Below, piece by piece: positions 38,811-51,857 of a DNA stretch of 64,000 nucleotides (positions are counted from its first letter, which is position 1; every line of letters starts with the position of its first letter). Under the pieces are notes generated by a model that worked only from the letters and a program-made list of their open reading frames with translations, had not been told where the DNA came from and searched no databases. Origin of the DNA: Saccostrea echinata (Eukaryota); assembly GCF_033153115.1 (NCBI RefSeq), contig NW_026889751.1, positions 11,594,001 to 11,658,000 on the forward strand, written 5' to 3'. Both the position numbers and the translations under genes were made by a program.

Positions 38811-39789
38811 CTTGTTTGCGTTCATAGCCTCGTTTTGAGATTAGATGACGCAATCCGTGAATAAGGAGTATACAATGATAAATGATTACGCTTTTGCAGG
38901 CGACACAAAATATTAAGTAGCCAATCATCAATTTCAACTGGAGTGTAGTCATTTATCATGATATCGAAATCAATATAGATCGAATGTCTCACGAGGTCAA
39001 AAAGAAAATATGCAGAAGAGCGGACACGCTTAGGTTGCTACGTACACTGCCTACAAGCAAGAGTGTAAAGATCGGTTACGGGTAATTTTCTGTGCAGAAA
39101 ATAGTATGCCACGGGCACAAGGCAGATTCTGTGTTCGTGCAGTCTGTGAAGCAAATAAGATTAGAATTTATAACAGTTCATATTATATCATTTTTTGTGT
39201 AAAATAAACCCCAGACCCATGTAAAAAGGATGCATGTGTATGTAATTATCTATAGATGAGCCTAGAGATAACCCACAGCCTTACCTTGACATGTTTCAGG
39301 TTTAAACAGTTAACAACTGTCATGCGCTGTTATCAGGGTGTCAGGAGAACTCGTCCCTTGGAGAAATCTTTGTTGTTTGATTAAAGCTTCCTTTCGAGAT
39401 GTCGTAAGCATGGGTAATTCATAATCAAAACGTATTTTTTTTAAAAAGGATAATCATGAGGTGGTTAAGAAATTGAAAACAAAGTCTTGTTTATTTTATA
39501 TAGGCATTGTTATCACATCTATGTATAATCATTTGTTCTTTAATTAACAGTATTTGCAAATAAAATTTCATTTTTCAGTGCTTTACTTCTGTATAATTTT
39601 ACGCATTATACTAAAAGCATTTTGAATGATTTCTTTTATTTATTTTTCAATATAAATGAAATTTAATTTATATCATTTAATTTATACTATTTAGTTTCAA
39701 GTTAAGTTAAGAATTTATTTACCCGTTGGTTGTCTTACCAGCTTATCAGATTACCGATTATCGGAAAAGGGACTACCCCTAATGAAAAA

Positions 39790-40309
39790 GGTAAAGATAA
39801 AGATCGATCTCAAAAATCTTTTAAACCATACAAATCTGTGAACAGGGCAAACACAAGGCCCCTGGAAATTCCAGAGGTGGAATCAGGTGCCCAGAAGGAA
39901 TAAGCATTCCCTGTTGACCGGCCACACACACTGAGAGCCCTATGTATTGATCAGGGAGATGGAATAATACGCATTCAAATTTAGTATAAAACAATGGCCT
40001 ACCAATTGGCATGAAACGTATCAGTCGATGTATTTGCAAGCAAGGTTATTATAACGACCATAGAATTTTTTAAATGCTCACTTTAAACGAGGTTTGAAAT
40101 CCATGTAACATCAATTTATTTTGTCATTCGCCTGCCTCGATTATAAAATTGGTCGTATTCAGAGCATGCTTTTGTTTAGGCCTTATCGAATAAATTTGGA
40201 AACGTAAACACTATATGCAGGTGATAATAGAATATTACTATGTAAATAAGGAAAATTGACGATGGAAAAGCTGAAGTCATCTCGTTTGTCGTACAGTTGT
40301 GTTCTTAAT
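39790..40309 (-). mobile_element. Penelope-like retroelement remnant, 3' part
   Basis: Minus-strand translation LRTQLYDKRDDFSFSIVNFPYLHSNILLSPAYSVYVS, with stops downstream. Confidence 0.75.
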
Positions 40310-40435
40310 ACTTTTTATTTCCACTCAAAAAGAGTTATTGCCCTTTGATCGCTCTTTAAAATCGGAGAGTGAAAACGGTACAAATCTCGCGAGATTTCCG
40401 GGACAAACATTCTAGACGTAGTCAATGACGCTGAA

Positions 40436-42389
40436 ATGCCTGTTCGACATTGTATCGCTGTTGGCTGCACTGCCGATAGCAGGACAAGTACGGATTTAAG
40501 TTTTCACCAGCTCCCAAAAGTTGAGAGTGAGCTGAGGAAGTGGCTTAGTTTAATAAGGAGGGAGGGGTTGAGAGTAGATAGAACGAGTGATATACGGCAT
40601 TACGTTGTATGCTCAAAACATTTTGTAGACACCCTACCAACTCCACAAAACCCTTATCCAACACTGTTTGCGTATAATAATTACAAAAAGTCAACCCCAA
40701 GAAAAACGAAGAACTCGAACTTAGGTAGAACTTCAACAAGCACCATAAGTCAAGATTGTCCAACCACCAAAAAAGTTAGACTTGTGAAATGTGATCCAAG
40801 TACTGATAAAACACAGATATGCTATCCCTATGTTGTGGGTGAATTGGACATCCCATTCATGGATTGTCTGGATATCAACAATAACAACAAAAGTCAACCA
40901 GGTATGTTGAATAAAAACTTAATATATAAGATATTTTAAATAAATACATTTATGATTACCTCTACCGTACATTTATTTATATTCAACATATACTTCACCA
41001 GGGTGTTCATGTTGTAAAACTACTTCCTTGTTTACTTTAGAGTTTGAATGTGACATTCAGTGCCAAAACACACAAGTACATCATGATCATCCTTATATCT
41101 GCTGTAGTCCAAAAAAGAAGTATAGTGGGGAACATGATCTATTGGAGAAAATTACACTTTTAGAGGTGAGTTGGCACTGACAAAATGTATTACTTGTCTA
41201 TAATGCTGTCCTTTCTCAACCCTACTACCATGATGGATCATTCACACTACAACACAAACCTATCTTTAAAATATATATTCAATTTCTAAGCTACCAAATA
41301 ACCATTGATACTTATACTGAAGGTTTTAATTTATACTAGGCTAGATGTGAGAAGCTAGAGAAAGAAAACAGGAAACTAAAAGAGGAGAATCAAGCACTCA
41401 AATCACGTAAAGTTGATTTCCGGGAGAACCTTATGGGGAAAATACTACATGATGATAACAACGTCAAGCATTTTCTGGGACTGCCTTCACTTAGTTTTCT
41501 TACATTTTTCCTTCAGTTTTTGGCCCCTTTTTATGACAAAGTTTCATTTTGGAAAGGAGCTGGGAGGTCAGGATCCAAAAAGTGGCAAGAAAAGATTCAA
41601 ACAAAACCAGGGAAACAGAGAAAACTCACTATGAAGGAGGAGTTTGTCATGACCATGTTGAAACTAAGACTTGGTGTAGACAATACAACTCTTTCCGTTT
41701 TGTTTAATGTGTCAATTGGATATGTCTCAAACCTATTTAGCACATGGATAAATTTCCTAGCTCAAATTCTAGACCCTGTTATTAAGTGGCCAGATAGTGA
41801 AAAGATTCGAAAACACATGCCATTATCATTTAAGCTCAAGTACCCCAATACAACATCAATAATTGACTGCACAGAAGTGTTCATTCAAAAACCAAAAAAT
41901 TGTTCTGCACAAGCAAGTACTTGGAGTAATTACAAGTCCCACAACACCCTGAAGGCACTGGTTGCTATTCAACCAAATGGAGCTTTTACTTTTGTTTCCA
42001 AATTCTGGAGTGGCAATGTCAGTGACCGAAAAATTACAGTTGACAGCAAATATATTGACCTCATTTCCCCAGGGGACGAGGTCATGGCAGACAGAGGATT
42101 CCAAATTAGAGATCTTCTTACCCTGAAAGGAGCATATTTGAATATGCCGCCTTTCACCAATGAGAGAAGAAATGGCAGAGGGAGAGTGCTAACATCAAAA
42201 CAGATTATTGAGACTCGTAAAATTGCTTCACTACGTATCCATGTGGAACGAGCTATCCGCAGACTGAAATCTTTCAAAATGTTAGGAGGCATTCTCCCTC
42301 TGAAAATGAAAAATTTGTCATCTGCAATGCTTAGAGTAGCAGCAGCATTTTGCAACTTTATGCCACCTTTGTCAAAGAAATTTAAATGA
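40436..42389 (+). CDS. THAP + HTH + DDE_Tnp_4 transposase of element B; exons 40436-40901, 41041-41165, 41340-42389
   Basis: THAP (CIAVGC...FHQLP...W...VCSKHF...PTLF); catalytic motifs IIDCTE, MADRGF, IHVERAI; phase-consistent GT-AG introns. Confidence 0.9.
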
Positions 42390-42810
42390 AGGAAATTGTT
42401 TACTAGTATCATGGCAAATTATGTTCATTTTTATTATAGAAGAGTATTCGTTTTTATGCAGCATAAAATTTATGCTAGTAGATAACTTGCTAGTTTCATA
42501 CATCTGAATCAATCCAGCTTTGTACTTATACTGTCATTGAGTACAAAAATGAAGTCAGTCAAAGTCTTTAGAGTGGTTTTAAAAATTGAAATATTGTTTG
42601 GAACATGTTATAAAAATAATGAAGTAAAATGGAGTGTATAAATAAATTCAAAGAACTTGATAAAGTTTCTTATGACAGAACAAAAAATATTGAAAATGAG
42701 TTGAAGTGACATACATCACCTTCAATTCTGCAAAGTATTACAATCTACAATAGTCAAGGTACCTGACTAAGGTATATATGATGTAGATACATTCTATGTA
42801 CATGATATAC

Positions 42811-45800
42811 TCAAACTAAGTTTGGCAAAACGTACTGCATATAAAAACTTTTAAGCTTTTCAGATAACAATTCCCAATCTGCTTTTGAGAAATGAATTCT
42901 CTCTACATAGATATCTTTTTGAGTAAACAAAACAAAATCACAATGTGAAAACTTGCATACTGCCATTTGACCAAGCATTTGGACATAAAATGGGGAGGAC
43001 AGACTCTTTTTCAATTCATAATTTCCATTGACAATTGCACATGATGAATTTTTTGACATAGCAACCTGAGATGTTTCATTTCTTGAACTGTAAGGACACT
43101 TAATTTCAACAAGTCCTTTTCCACAACACTTGCATTCAGAAATGCCATCAGGGGATGCAGCGAAGAAAGGGAAATCTTTGTAAACATAGATTCCAGTCTC
43201 TGCACACTTGAATGAAGGGTGACAACTTGTCATTTGATCAACATATCTCTCTCGAGCGACAGATTCATTTCGTTTTCCGTATTCGACTGATTTTGAGGTG
43301 AAATGATACTGACCCATAATACTTCTTACAATGTAGTTGTCCGCTTTATCACCTCTGTAGTGATAGGCATTGAAGAAGTTTGAAGCAGTCAGTCTACCTT
43401 TTCTCTGGTACTGCCACATAAGGTTGATGGATTGCCCTTTAGTGAATTCATTTACTTTTTTAACATAAGAATCATCTACTTTCAAATTTTCTTGACCATG
43501 CATTGACATTAAATCAATAATATTTTTAGGTGTGTCCTCAATACCCATAGACACATCATTGTCATCATCAGAATCTGACAATGTATACAAGGCCACTGCT
43601 AGTGTATTGCTCTTTTTGAGAACTTGAACAATATTCTTCTCCAAAGACTTTAAATCCAATGCTGATGACTTAAGTGGCAAATATCCAGAATCTTCCGACG
43701 GTCGTGGTCTATCTGGTTCATTCGTGTCAATCCTATAATCATTAGAAATATCAAATATATAAGTAATGTTAAAAATGCTTAGATAATGCACATTGTCACT
43801 ACATATATTCCAAAATGGTTGTAAGATTGGGAGGGAGAGATTTTGACTTGATTTTAAAATATACCGGTACATATTAGACAGATAGAAAGTGGATTCAAGA
43901 TATTCCCCTCTGAAGAAAAAGTACCCCTCAAAAGTGAAAAAGGGTTTAAACAAAAACCAAAAAAAAAAAAAAAGGCAAAAAAATTGACAGTCATGAAGGA
44001 AAGGGATTTTACATAAATTCTTCATATAAAAACATCTAAACTGTTATTTTTTCATTTCACATGTATTTTTCTTCTAATCTATATAAATAACTCTTAACAT
44101 TCGAAATTTAATAATATTCAATTTTTAATAACATGGATGAGAACCAAATTACAATTTATAAAAGATGATGTATGAATACATTTATTTTATTTTTTTCTTT
44201 GTGTTTTATATAGTCATCTTTTTTTTCTTCATTTTCTTATTACTGTTGTTAAAGTATAATTCTAAATGACAAAAGATATAAAACAATTTCTCTTTTCTCA
44301 AAGGAGAACTATATTTCCCTGCACTAGCTCAAGTTTGCTGTGCCATGATGTCATATTCCATTATGGTGGAGATTAACATCAGTCCTCTATTCTATACAGT
44401 GCATACAAAGGCAGATTGGCTGCATGTCATATTTAATTTTAAAACATGTAAAGATATACATGGTCCATTTTCATCTGAGAAGATAAATATATAAAAGCAA
44501 TGAAATAATACTTTTTGACATGCTTTGTATCATAACAAAACACAGGTGGCTGTGCTGACAAATTTTCATAACAATCTTAGGTGTGTTATTCAATTTGTCA
44601 ACACAGCCATCCATGAAACAATGCATGGCAAAAAATATTAACTCAGTGTTAAATTGAATATGATACATCCACCAAACAGCATTCTTTGAGGAGAACTCGG
44701 TACAGTATGGCCAATACCTGATATCTAAGTCATGAACAGCCACTGGCCTGCATACTTTTCTTGGTTTATTCCAATATGCTGCAGTATCTGTGACTCCAAT
44801 GGTACTTCGGTCTTCTATGGATGTGACGTGATCAATAATGCCAAATAGTAGGGCGACAACATGTTTGCAGGACCCATCCCCTCTGTTTAAGATTATTTCT
44901 TACAATTATATTTTTGTGTAGAATAAAAATAAATCAGTTCACTTCAACTTTGCTTGTATACACATATTTAATATTCACAAAAAACTTAAAAGCAGAAGTC
45001 TCATAAAATTTAATCAAACTTTTAGCACAATCAAGAAAATAACATTTCAAATGTGAGAAGAAGAAATTGAAACTTACGCAACACATGTGCATTCTGCTGA
45101 AAATATGTGTCCAGACTTTTCAACCAGAATCCACGGGATATAGGGATCACTGGACTGCCGTGTTTCAGGAACACACTTTCCCTTGATAAAACACATATCA
45201 TCACCTAAAATTTAAATTGTAAACAAAATTTTCAAAAACATTCTTATTTGCTGTAATTCTAAATAAATAAAATTTAGGAATGGAGTTATATTTAAGTATA
45301 ACGTCAAGTGCCTGTGAGACATACTTGTTTGTTTCTTAGGCACAAAAAAAAATCCAAAAAAATATTTGATATACCGTACATACAATCTGGTGACAGCAGA
45401 TGGTTAAATGTTGATGAGATATGCATGGTTGGTGAAAGTTCATGGACATGGATGGAAGGATGATGGTGATGACATGATGATTAAACAAGTAGCAAAGGAT
45501 TGTAGTACAAAAAATGCTTGATTTTATAACCAAGTCAAATTATGTACTTCAACCAGTAGCCACTATAATCTAAAGCTAGCAGTAAAAAATCCTAATGTCA
45601 ATTCTAAAAAAAAAAAAAAGACTTGACTCTGAAAATACCAAATATTACATAATATTTATTATCTGTATTTACAAATTTAGGTGAATTAGATTAATCTGGT
45701 AATTGCACACACCTTCCCGACGAAAAAATCACTTTAACAAAACAGAAGAAATGTTTCATACTCATCTTATCAATAAACGTTACACAATGCAGTATTCATG

Positions 45801-46221
45801 TAAGCCTACCTAACAGAGCCATGACGACATCATAAATGTGACCAGAGCAATGAAGCTTATATCCACTGTCGGATTTCCTGTTCCGTAAGCGTTCTTCAGA
45901 CCACCCACAGTAGTTTTGAAGAAAAGATGACACGTCAAAGGCATCTATAGAGGGTATAATGGCAAGATTCGGAGTCCAAGCGATGCTACCATCATGATAT
46001 GGGTGTGGATATGTTTTTCCACGAACCGTTCGTCTGCTAATGGAGGCCTGTATATCACCATCATAATGACCGATATGTGGCAAATTTAACGCCTCTGCTC
46101 CCTCGCATAAATCAACCAAGTCTTGCTTATTTCTATTAGAAAACGGAATACCTTTCGATTTCAATATATTCTTCAGATCGGTGCACTGTAAACTCTGATA
46201 ATTTACAGAGTTAGACGCCAT
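42811..46221 (-). CDS. SAP-like + SWIM + YqaJ nuclease of element B; exons 46221-45810, 45204-45078, 44882-44718, 43732-42811
   Basis: SAP-like LQCTDLKNILKSKGIPFSNRNKQDLVDL; SWIM ECTCVAGDGSCKH; YqaJ WQYQRKGRLTAS, YGKRNE, ASPDG, CKCCG, EIKCP, YVQMLGQM; phase-consistent introns. Confidence 0.88.
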
Positions 46222-46300
46222 CACAGCCAAATTTTGTCCCAGGGGACCCTACTAAACGCGCCTCTAATTTGAAGAGTGCCGTAATGGAAATATCAAGTAT

Positions 46301-46920
46301 TGGCAGGCTCTGTGGTGTCTTTTATTCCGAATTCACTGAAGTATATCAAATCGACATATGAATAAAGGTAACTATTGTTAATTGATAAAACGTCATCTTT
46401 ATATCTAAATGTCGAACTAAAGGCCACAGCAGACTTTTTTCTCGAGTAGAAGTTCTTAATAAATTCTGCTTCATGGGAAAATAAAAACAGATTGGCTAAT
46501 AAAGAAGCACAATGAGTGCCAATCGGAATTCCAACAGTTTGTTGAAAGACTGGTCTTCAAAGACTACAAAGATGTTGTCAATGAGGAACTCTTGCATAAT
46601 TTTAATATCAATCTCAGTGCACTTTTGTATCAGAATGATTTTTAACAATTTTGTAGATGACCAATCACAAGATATGGAAATTTCAGAATCCCATTTCTAT
46701 TAAAGAAACTGTTGTCTGTGATATCAAAAAGCCTTGTATTTAATTTATCATCAGAAATGTTTCATAAAATGAAGAAAAGTCATACGTTTTGTGATTTTAT
46801 ATTTTCTAAAAGTTCTTTGTAGTTTTTAAGAATTCATTTTTGATTTACACCACTTCTAGAATATGTTGTAGCACAGTACGTCCGAAGTTTCTCGAGATGT
46901 CAGGCTTCTTAGTTGCTGCA
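46301..46920 (-). mobile_element. Penelope-like retroelement remnant, RT core
   Basis: Minus-strand translation YCATTYSRSGVNQ, FQQTVGIPIGTHCASLLANLFL, FRYKDDVLSINN, IKDTTE; degenerate. Confidence 0.8.
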
Positions 46921-49153
46921 TTTGTCTTGCAAAGATTATAGAGTGCTTGATTTCGTTTATTGTATTTGATAAACTAATGCGGTGTTCTTCTGTTGCGTTA
47001 CTGAATAAGTTCCCAGGTATACAATAGTGGGGGGGGGGGGGGGGTCATACCAAAAAATATAAGTCTTTATCCTAAAGCTTGAGAAGGACATTCTATATCA
47101 GAAGATTCAATGGGACACAAATAATTTTTTTTAAAGTTTCATTTGTGATATTTCGCAAAAATTTCAGATATAGATATCAAATCTTAATTTATGACAAAAT
47201 AGGCGATTTTTACTAACTCGTTCACTTTTATTCCATATGAAGTCTACAGACTGAACATTTCTAATAGGAGTAGGCGTTGTTACTTTACACAAAAATAGTT
47301 ATCAATATCAGCCGTACATTTAGCCAAGAATTGATTTGTAATTAGATATTTGTTTAGATACATACATAACTAATTCGAAAACTTCAATTATTTACAAAAA
47401 TTATTCCTAGACAAACTGTGATATTTCTCTCCAACTGATCCCATAATCACAAATATTTTAAATAACAATGTTAAAAGGTTCACATGGAAATGAACTTGGA
47501 TGGAATGTGATCAAACCTACTGAGAAGCCAACTCCCAACAAACTTTTTTAAACTCTTGCATGTGAGAAGTGACCATTTTTTGCTTCATTGTCAGGTGTAT
47601 ATAGTAAAACTATCGGTATTTCCATTACAGATAAAAGTGTTCTGTACATTAATCAAGTGGGACGATTTGCCTTTCACACTCACCCCCATCCCTTTAACAA
47701 AGAACATAAAACAAAAACAACAGATAAAATTTAAAACCTTACCTGTATAATTAACATACCTTTTATTTGAAATGGACTTCATTTTGTATAGCAACACGTA
47801 TTTATTTTGGAAATCGCGACTTCCTTTCTATTTATTCAATTTTGGTTTGTTGAAATATTAGAGTTCAAATCTAATTTTAATCTTTGATTATGCATCAAAC
47901 CATGGTGTTTTTCGAGATATCCCCTCCCACTGTAAGTATTAGATTCCATTCTATTGTGATAACACCGACTGAAATTGCATTAATTTTACAATATATTAAA
48001 TTCGTCTAATGAACAAAGTTTCCTTTCAGGATACCCAACTTATAAAATATTCCAAAATGTTCTGCCTCCATCAATGTGCTGGATGGAGGACAAAGGTTCC
48101 TGTCATATCAAATATGTACACACACAAAAAATATAATCGCACTCAATAACAAAATAAAATATTATTTGAATAATTAAAAAAATAAATAAAATCTTCTTAG
48201 AATTTTTTTTTCATTTTATTAATTGCAAAAAATAGATGTTTCTCTTTTTCTCTATAAATACATCTGATCATCACTATATTACATTGAAGACGTGTCCATA
48301 GATCAATATAAAATTATAGGTACAATTAACAATACATGTATACATAAATCAAAAAGATAAAATTTAACTTGCCGATTAAAAAAAAACCTTCAGTTTTTTA
48401 CCTTGAACTTTAAGATATGTTTGATCAACAGCAAAATATTTACTTTTAAAGTCACTGTAATTAAGAATTCTAAAGTTAAGGCACGAATCCAATTTCCAGT
48501 TTTTTGTGATGATCAAGTCATCACCAACACTAAACTGTAAATATTTCAACTCGTTTCAGTCAGGAGTTCCCGGATTATGGTCTAAATCCAATTCACTTTC
48601 TTTCTGAACAGTGACCTTAACCCTTTTGAGAATTAATTGAGTTTGTTTCGAAATCAAGACCCCATAAGATGTCAACAATATACTTAAGTTTGAATCCGTT
48701 TTAGCGAGTAGAGTTATACCCTCGAATCTTCATTTTGTAACAGATAGATAAACTGCAAAAAAGCAACATATCTCTCCCCCTGTTGTTGGAGATATGATTG
48801 ACGATCATGTGATGCAGGACAATCATACATCTTTATATCATATATTTGGTCGATATCCTTGATCCCTTTTCTGGTGAAATTGAAAATACATAGTTATCTT
48901 TGCCTAGATTTTGACAATACCTCAGCTGCTAGATAAAATTCCTTAGAGTATCCAGCAGTACAATAATTATATACCCACAGTCACGCTCATTCTTAGGAAA
49001 TGTAAAACATTTATCACTTCACGCACATGGCAAACTGAACAGGTTTAACCTGATGATGTCATTATAAACATTTACAAACATTGACTAGGTTTATAGTCAT
49101 TACCATTTTTTTTTTAAAAAATGGAGTTTAAAATACATATTGATCGCATTTTC

Positions 49154-51772
49154 TTATTTTTCAAACAAAATACCCGGATCAGCTTCTACAACCTGTTGAT
49201 AATCATTTACAGGGGGTTTACATTGTAGATCCTCTTTATCAAATCCGGTCACTTTTACTCCACTGTCAGGATTGTTGTAAATGTTTGGTTCTATTCTTAC
49301 GGAATCACGTGATCCCATTGCAGGATCTTCTGGGAAATAATTATACGGTAGCAAAAAGAAACTAAGGTCCATGCCTGGTGTGTGGGTCACTGGAAGATCT
49401 TCTGTATGGGGGATGTGCTGGACACCCATACTCACCCAAGCAACCAAATCCTGAAAGAAGATAACGAGTCTATTCATTTCAAACTCACTAAACAAAAGAC
49501 AAGTTGGAGAAGAAAAAATCGCAATGCAATTTGGAAAATTATTTAGTTAAATATGTGAAGATAGTTTCTTTTTATGTGACAAATACAAAATAAATCTCTT
49601 GTTAAAAAAAATTAACGGAGTATCATTACTTAAAGAATAGTTCTAAACGCTTACCTGATCAAGAATATTTTCGTTGTCCTTTAAGAAGTGGTCGAAATTG
49701 ACAACAGGTGACTTTGCGTCCAATCCACTGTAAATAGAACTACATATTCTTTCGTTTTCTTTCCGTTTTGTGACTGCAATTTGATAGCGCATCCAAGGCA
49801 TAGCCGGTTCGTTTCCCTTTCCCTCTGGTAGCAGTTGTTTACTCATTCCTCGACTCAATAGCCTGTACGATCTTGGCTCTCCAAACTTGTTACTTTTCAA
49901 ATTGCTGTAAAATAAGTGATACTTTGGAGTATCAAAATTAAACTTGTATGCCGCTTCGCTTTCCGTCTTTTTCTCAGAAACAATGAACTGATTTTGGACA
50001 ATGTTTGCAGTTGGGTCTGGATTGAAATGATTTGCTGACACCGTTGTTGAGATGTCCAGCGTTCTGTAGCGGTTCTGTGACCCTTCAATATCTAAATCTA
50101 CTTTATAGCTAAACATATGATGGTGAAGATTACCACTGATATTGTCGTTTATTTGTGTTCCAAAACTCGCAGCGTTAACTGTTAAAGGGGTGGCAAGTAT
50201 GTAGCCCGTTGAAACTACTTTAACCTCCAAAGCTCCGGTTTGGTAGAATATAAAGTCCAGAATATAGTCGTAATTGACTATTGTCAGGATTGATCTAAGA
50301 ATAAGAACAGCATTGGACATTCCTTCATAAAACGATCCGCGGAAAGAGGCGAATGAATGATGTCTTCGAAGTGGCATTCCTGTGTTGATTTCAAAAACAC
50401 AGAAGGCGTTTTTGAAAGTGACTATTTTTTCAGAGGACTCCAATACGTGGGAAGCGGGCATAAAGGTGGCGTGGGAAGGACAGTCAACACCTGGGACTAA
50501 CCCCTTATCCTGGGGACCAATCAGAGCAGTTGTATCAAAGTAGTTTGCGAACATCTGTGTCGGTTTATACCCAGAATAAAACACACTTATTTCTTGTAGA
50601 GCTAGCTCGTATACAATTCTATTGTTCCTGAAACGAATATCATTCAGCTGTGGGCCACGAGTACTAGACATTCTGAAGTCAAATTCCCAGTTCATGTATT
50701 TCACATGCTGACCTTTGACGCTGTATCTCCGACCATCTGGTTCGATGGAAATGGGCGGACGCTGTGATGTTTCCGAGAACTCTGTATCTCGTCTGTTTAA
50801 CTTAGAGAACAGAGTGTCAGACATGTAAGGAAACAGCAGTGGTTTCTTTTGCATAGTGTTCTTGCTGTATTGTATAACAAGAGAATCGATCGTGTCAAAA
50901 GCATGCTTATTGAACCAAACTTTCTCAATGGAATACCTAATATCGTCCATATCGACAAGGACAGCAAAGTCAACTGGATGAAGAATGTAAAATTCTACGA
51001 ATTGATACATCCAAAACCAATACAGCCGTCTGTTCCGGCCACTGACAGCAGACGACACTGGAGTCATAAATTTAAATGCGAGACAAGCTTCACTGCAGTT
51101 TGTAAGTGTCCCGCCAAAGCTCTCTCGCAAAAGTTGGCGTGCTTTTTGGTCTGTTTCCTTGGTGATGCTTTTTACAGCATTATCGTAATCTGGTCCGGTG
51201 ACAGGGCGATACTGGAAAGGAATGTTATCCTTCCAGATCGTGTAATGAGTGGGATTAGGGAGCGGTGTGACGACTATCTCCATAATTTTTGGTACGATTA
51301 AGTCTCCGCGAAAAATTATCACTCGCGCCTGTCTGGGTGGTTTCTGTCCGGCGCGACTATCTAGGTAAGAAACAGCGTCTGCTTTTTCAGGAAGATGTAG
51401 TTCTGCTGTAAAAATATATGAAGTTTTCACTTTGATCTTTGCAGGTCTTGTTAAATTAAGCTCTTTTTGCTTATATAAGAATTCCATCATTCCTTTCACT
51501 TCCTTTGAAGTTAAATCATGAAATATGGAGGGGTTATCCGGTTCTGATAAATCAACACTTTGACCCGACGAACAAAGTGGAATTTTCTCCTTTTTCCTCA
51601 CGAAAACTAATACTACAATTACAATTAACAGCATGAGTATAATAATCCCCATAACAATCAACAAGATGTGCAAGCGCCCGATGGTCCGTCTGCCTCGCTG
51701 TTTTTTATTCCGATTGTTTGGTTTGTTCTCTTTACTTTCGTCCAGAGGAACAGATTCATGATTGTTGTCCAT
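49154..51772 (-). CDS. Membrane-anchored copper amine oxidase copy 3 (canonical TPQ motif); exons ~51772-49655 and 49450-49154
   Basis: TIVNYDY TPQ consensus, NYFD, HHH, QHIPHTED, N-terminal TM segment, GT-AG intron 49654-49451. Start taken as MDNNHES by analogy with copies 1 and 2. Confidence 0.94.
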
Positions 51773-51857
51773 GTCTGACCCTAACATTCTGAAAGATAAA
51801 GATCGTATTTCAGAAAAGGAAAGACCGTTTACGCTATTCTCGAAGAATATATTGAAG

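Larger units (their letters stand above)
32649..38869. mobile_element. ISL2EU-type (PIF/Harbinger group) autonomous DNA transposon A
   Basis: Ends ACTTGTTATTCAC ... GTGAATAAGGAGT (11/13 inverted match), AT on both sides (32647-8, 38870-1). Contains convergent SWIM-YqaJ and THAP-DDE genes. Confidence 0.88.
40310..46298. mobile_element. ISL2EU-type autonomous DNA transposon B
   Basis: Ends ACTTTTTATTTCCA ... TGGAAATATCAAGT (12/14 inverted match), AT on both sides (40308-9, 46299-300). Convergent THAP-DDE and SAP-SWIM-YqaJ genes; interrupts a Penelope-like RT remnant. Confidence 0.87.

Noticed and set aside
35006-44025. YqaJ genes as an endogenous virus or prophage
   Set aside because: They have spliceosomal introns and lie within TIR-bounded elements with DDE transposases; no viral structural genes are present.
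43733-44025. N-terminal part of the 404-aa ORF
   Set aside because: Intronic read-through upstream of the splice acceptor at 43733.
32649-46298. Elements A and B inserted together as one composite transposon (outer ends ACTTGTTATT / ACTTGATATT match well)
   Set aside because: The Penelope remnant split by B has one half between the elements and one half outside, so B inserted independently.
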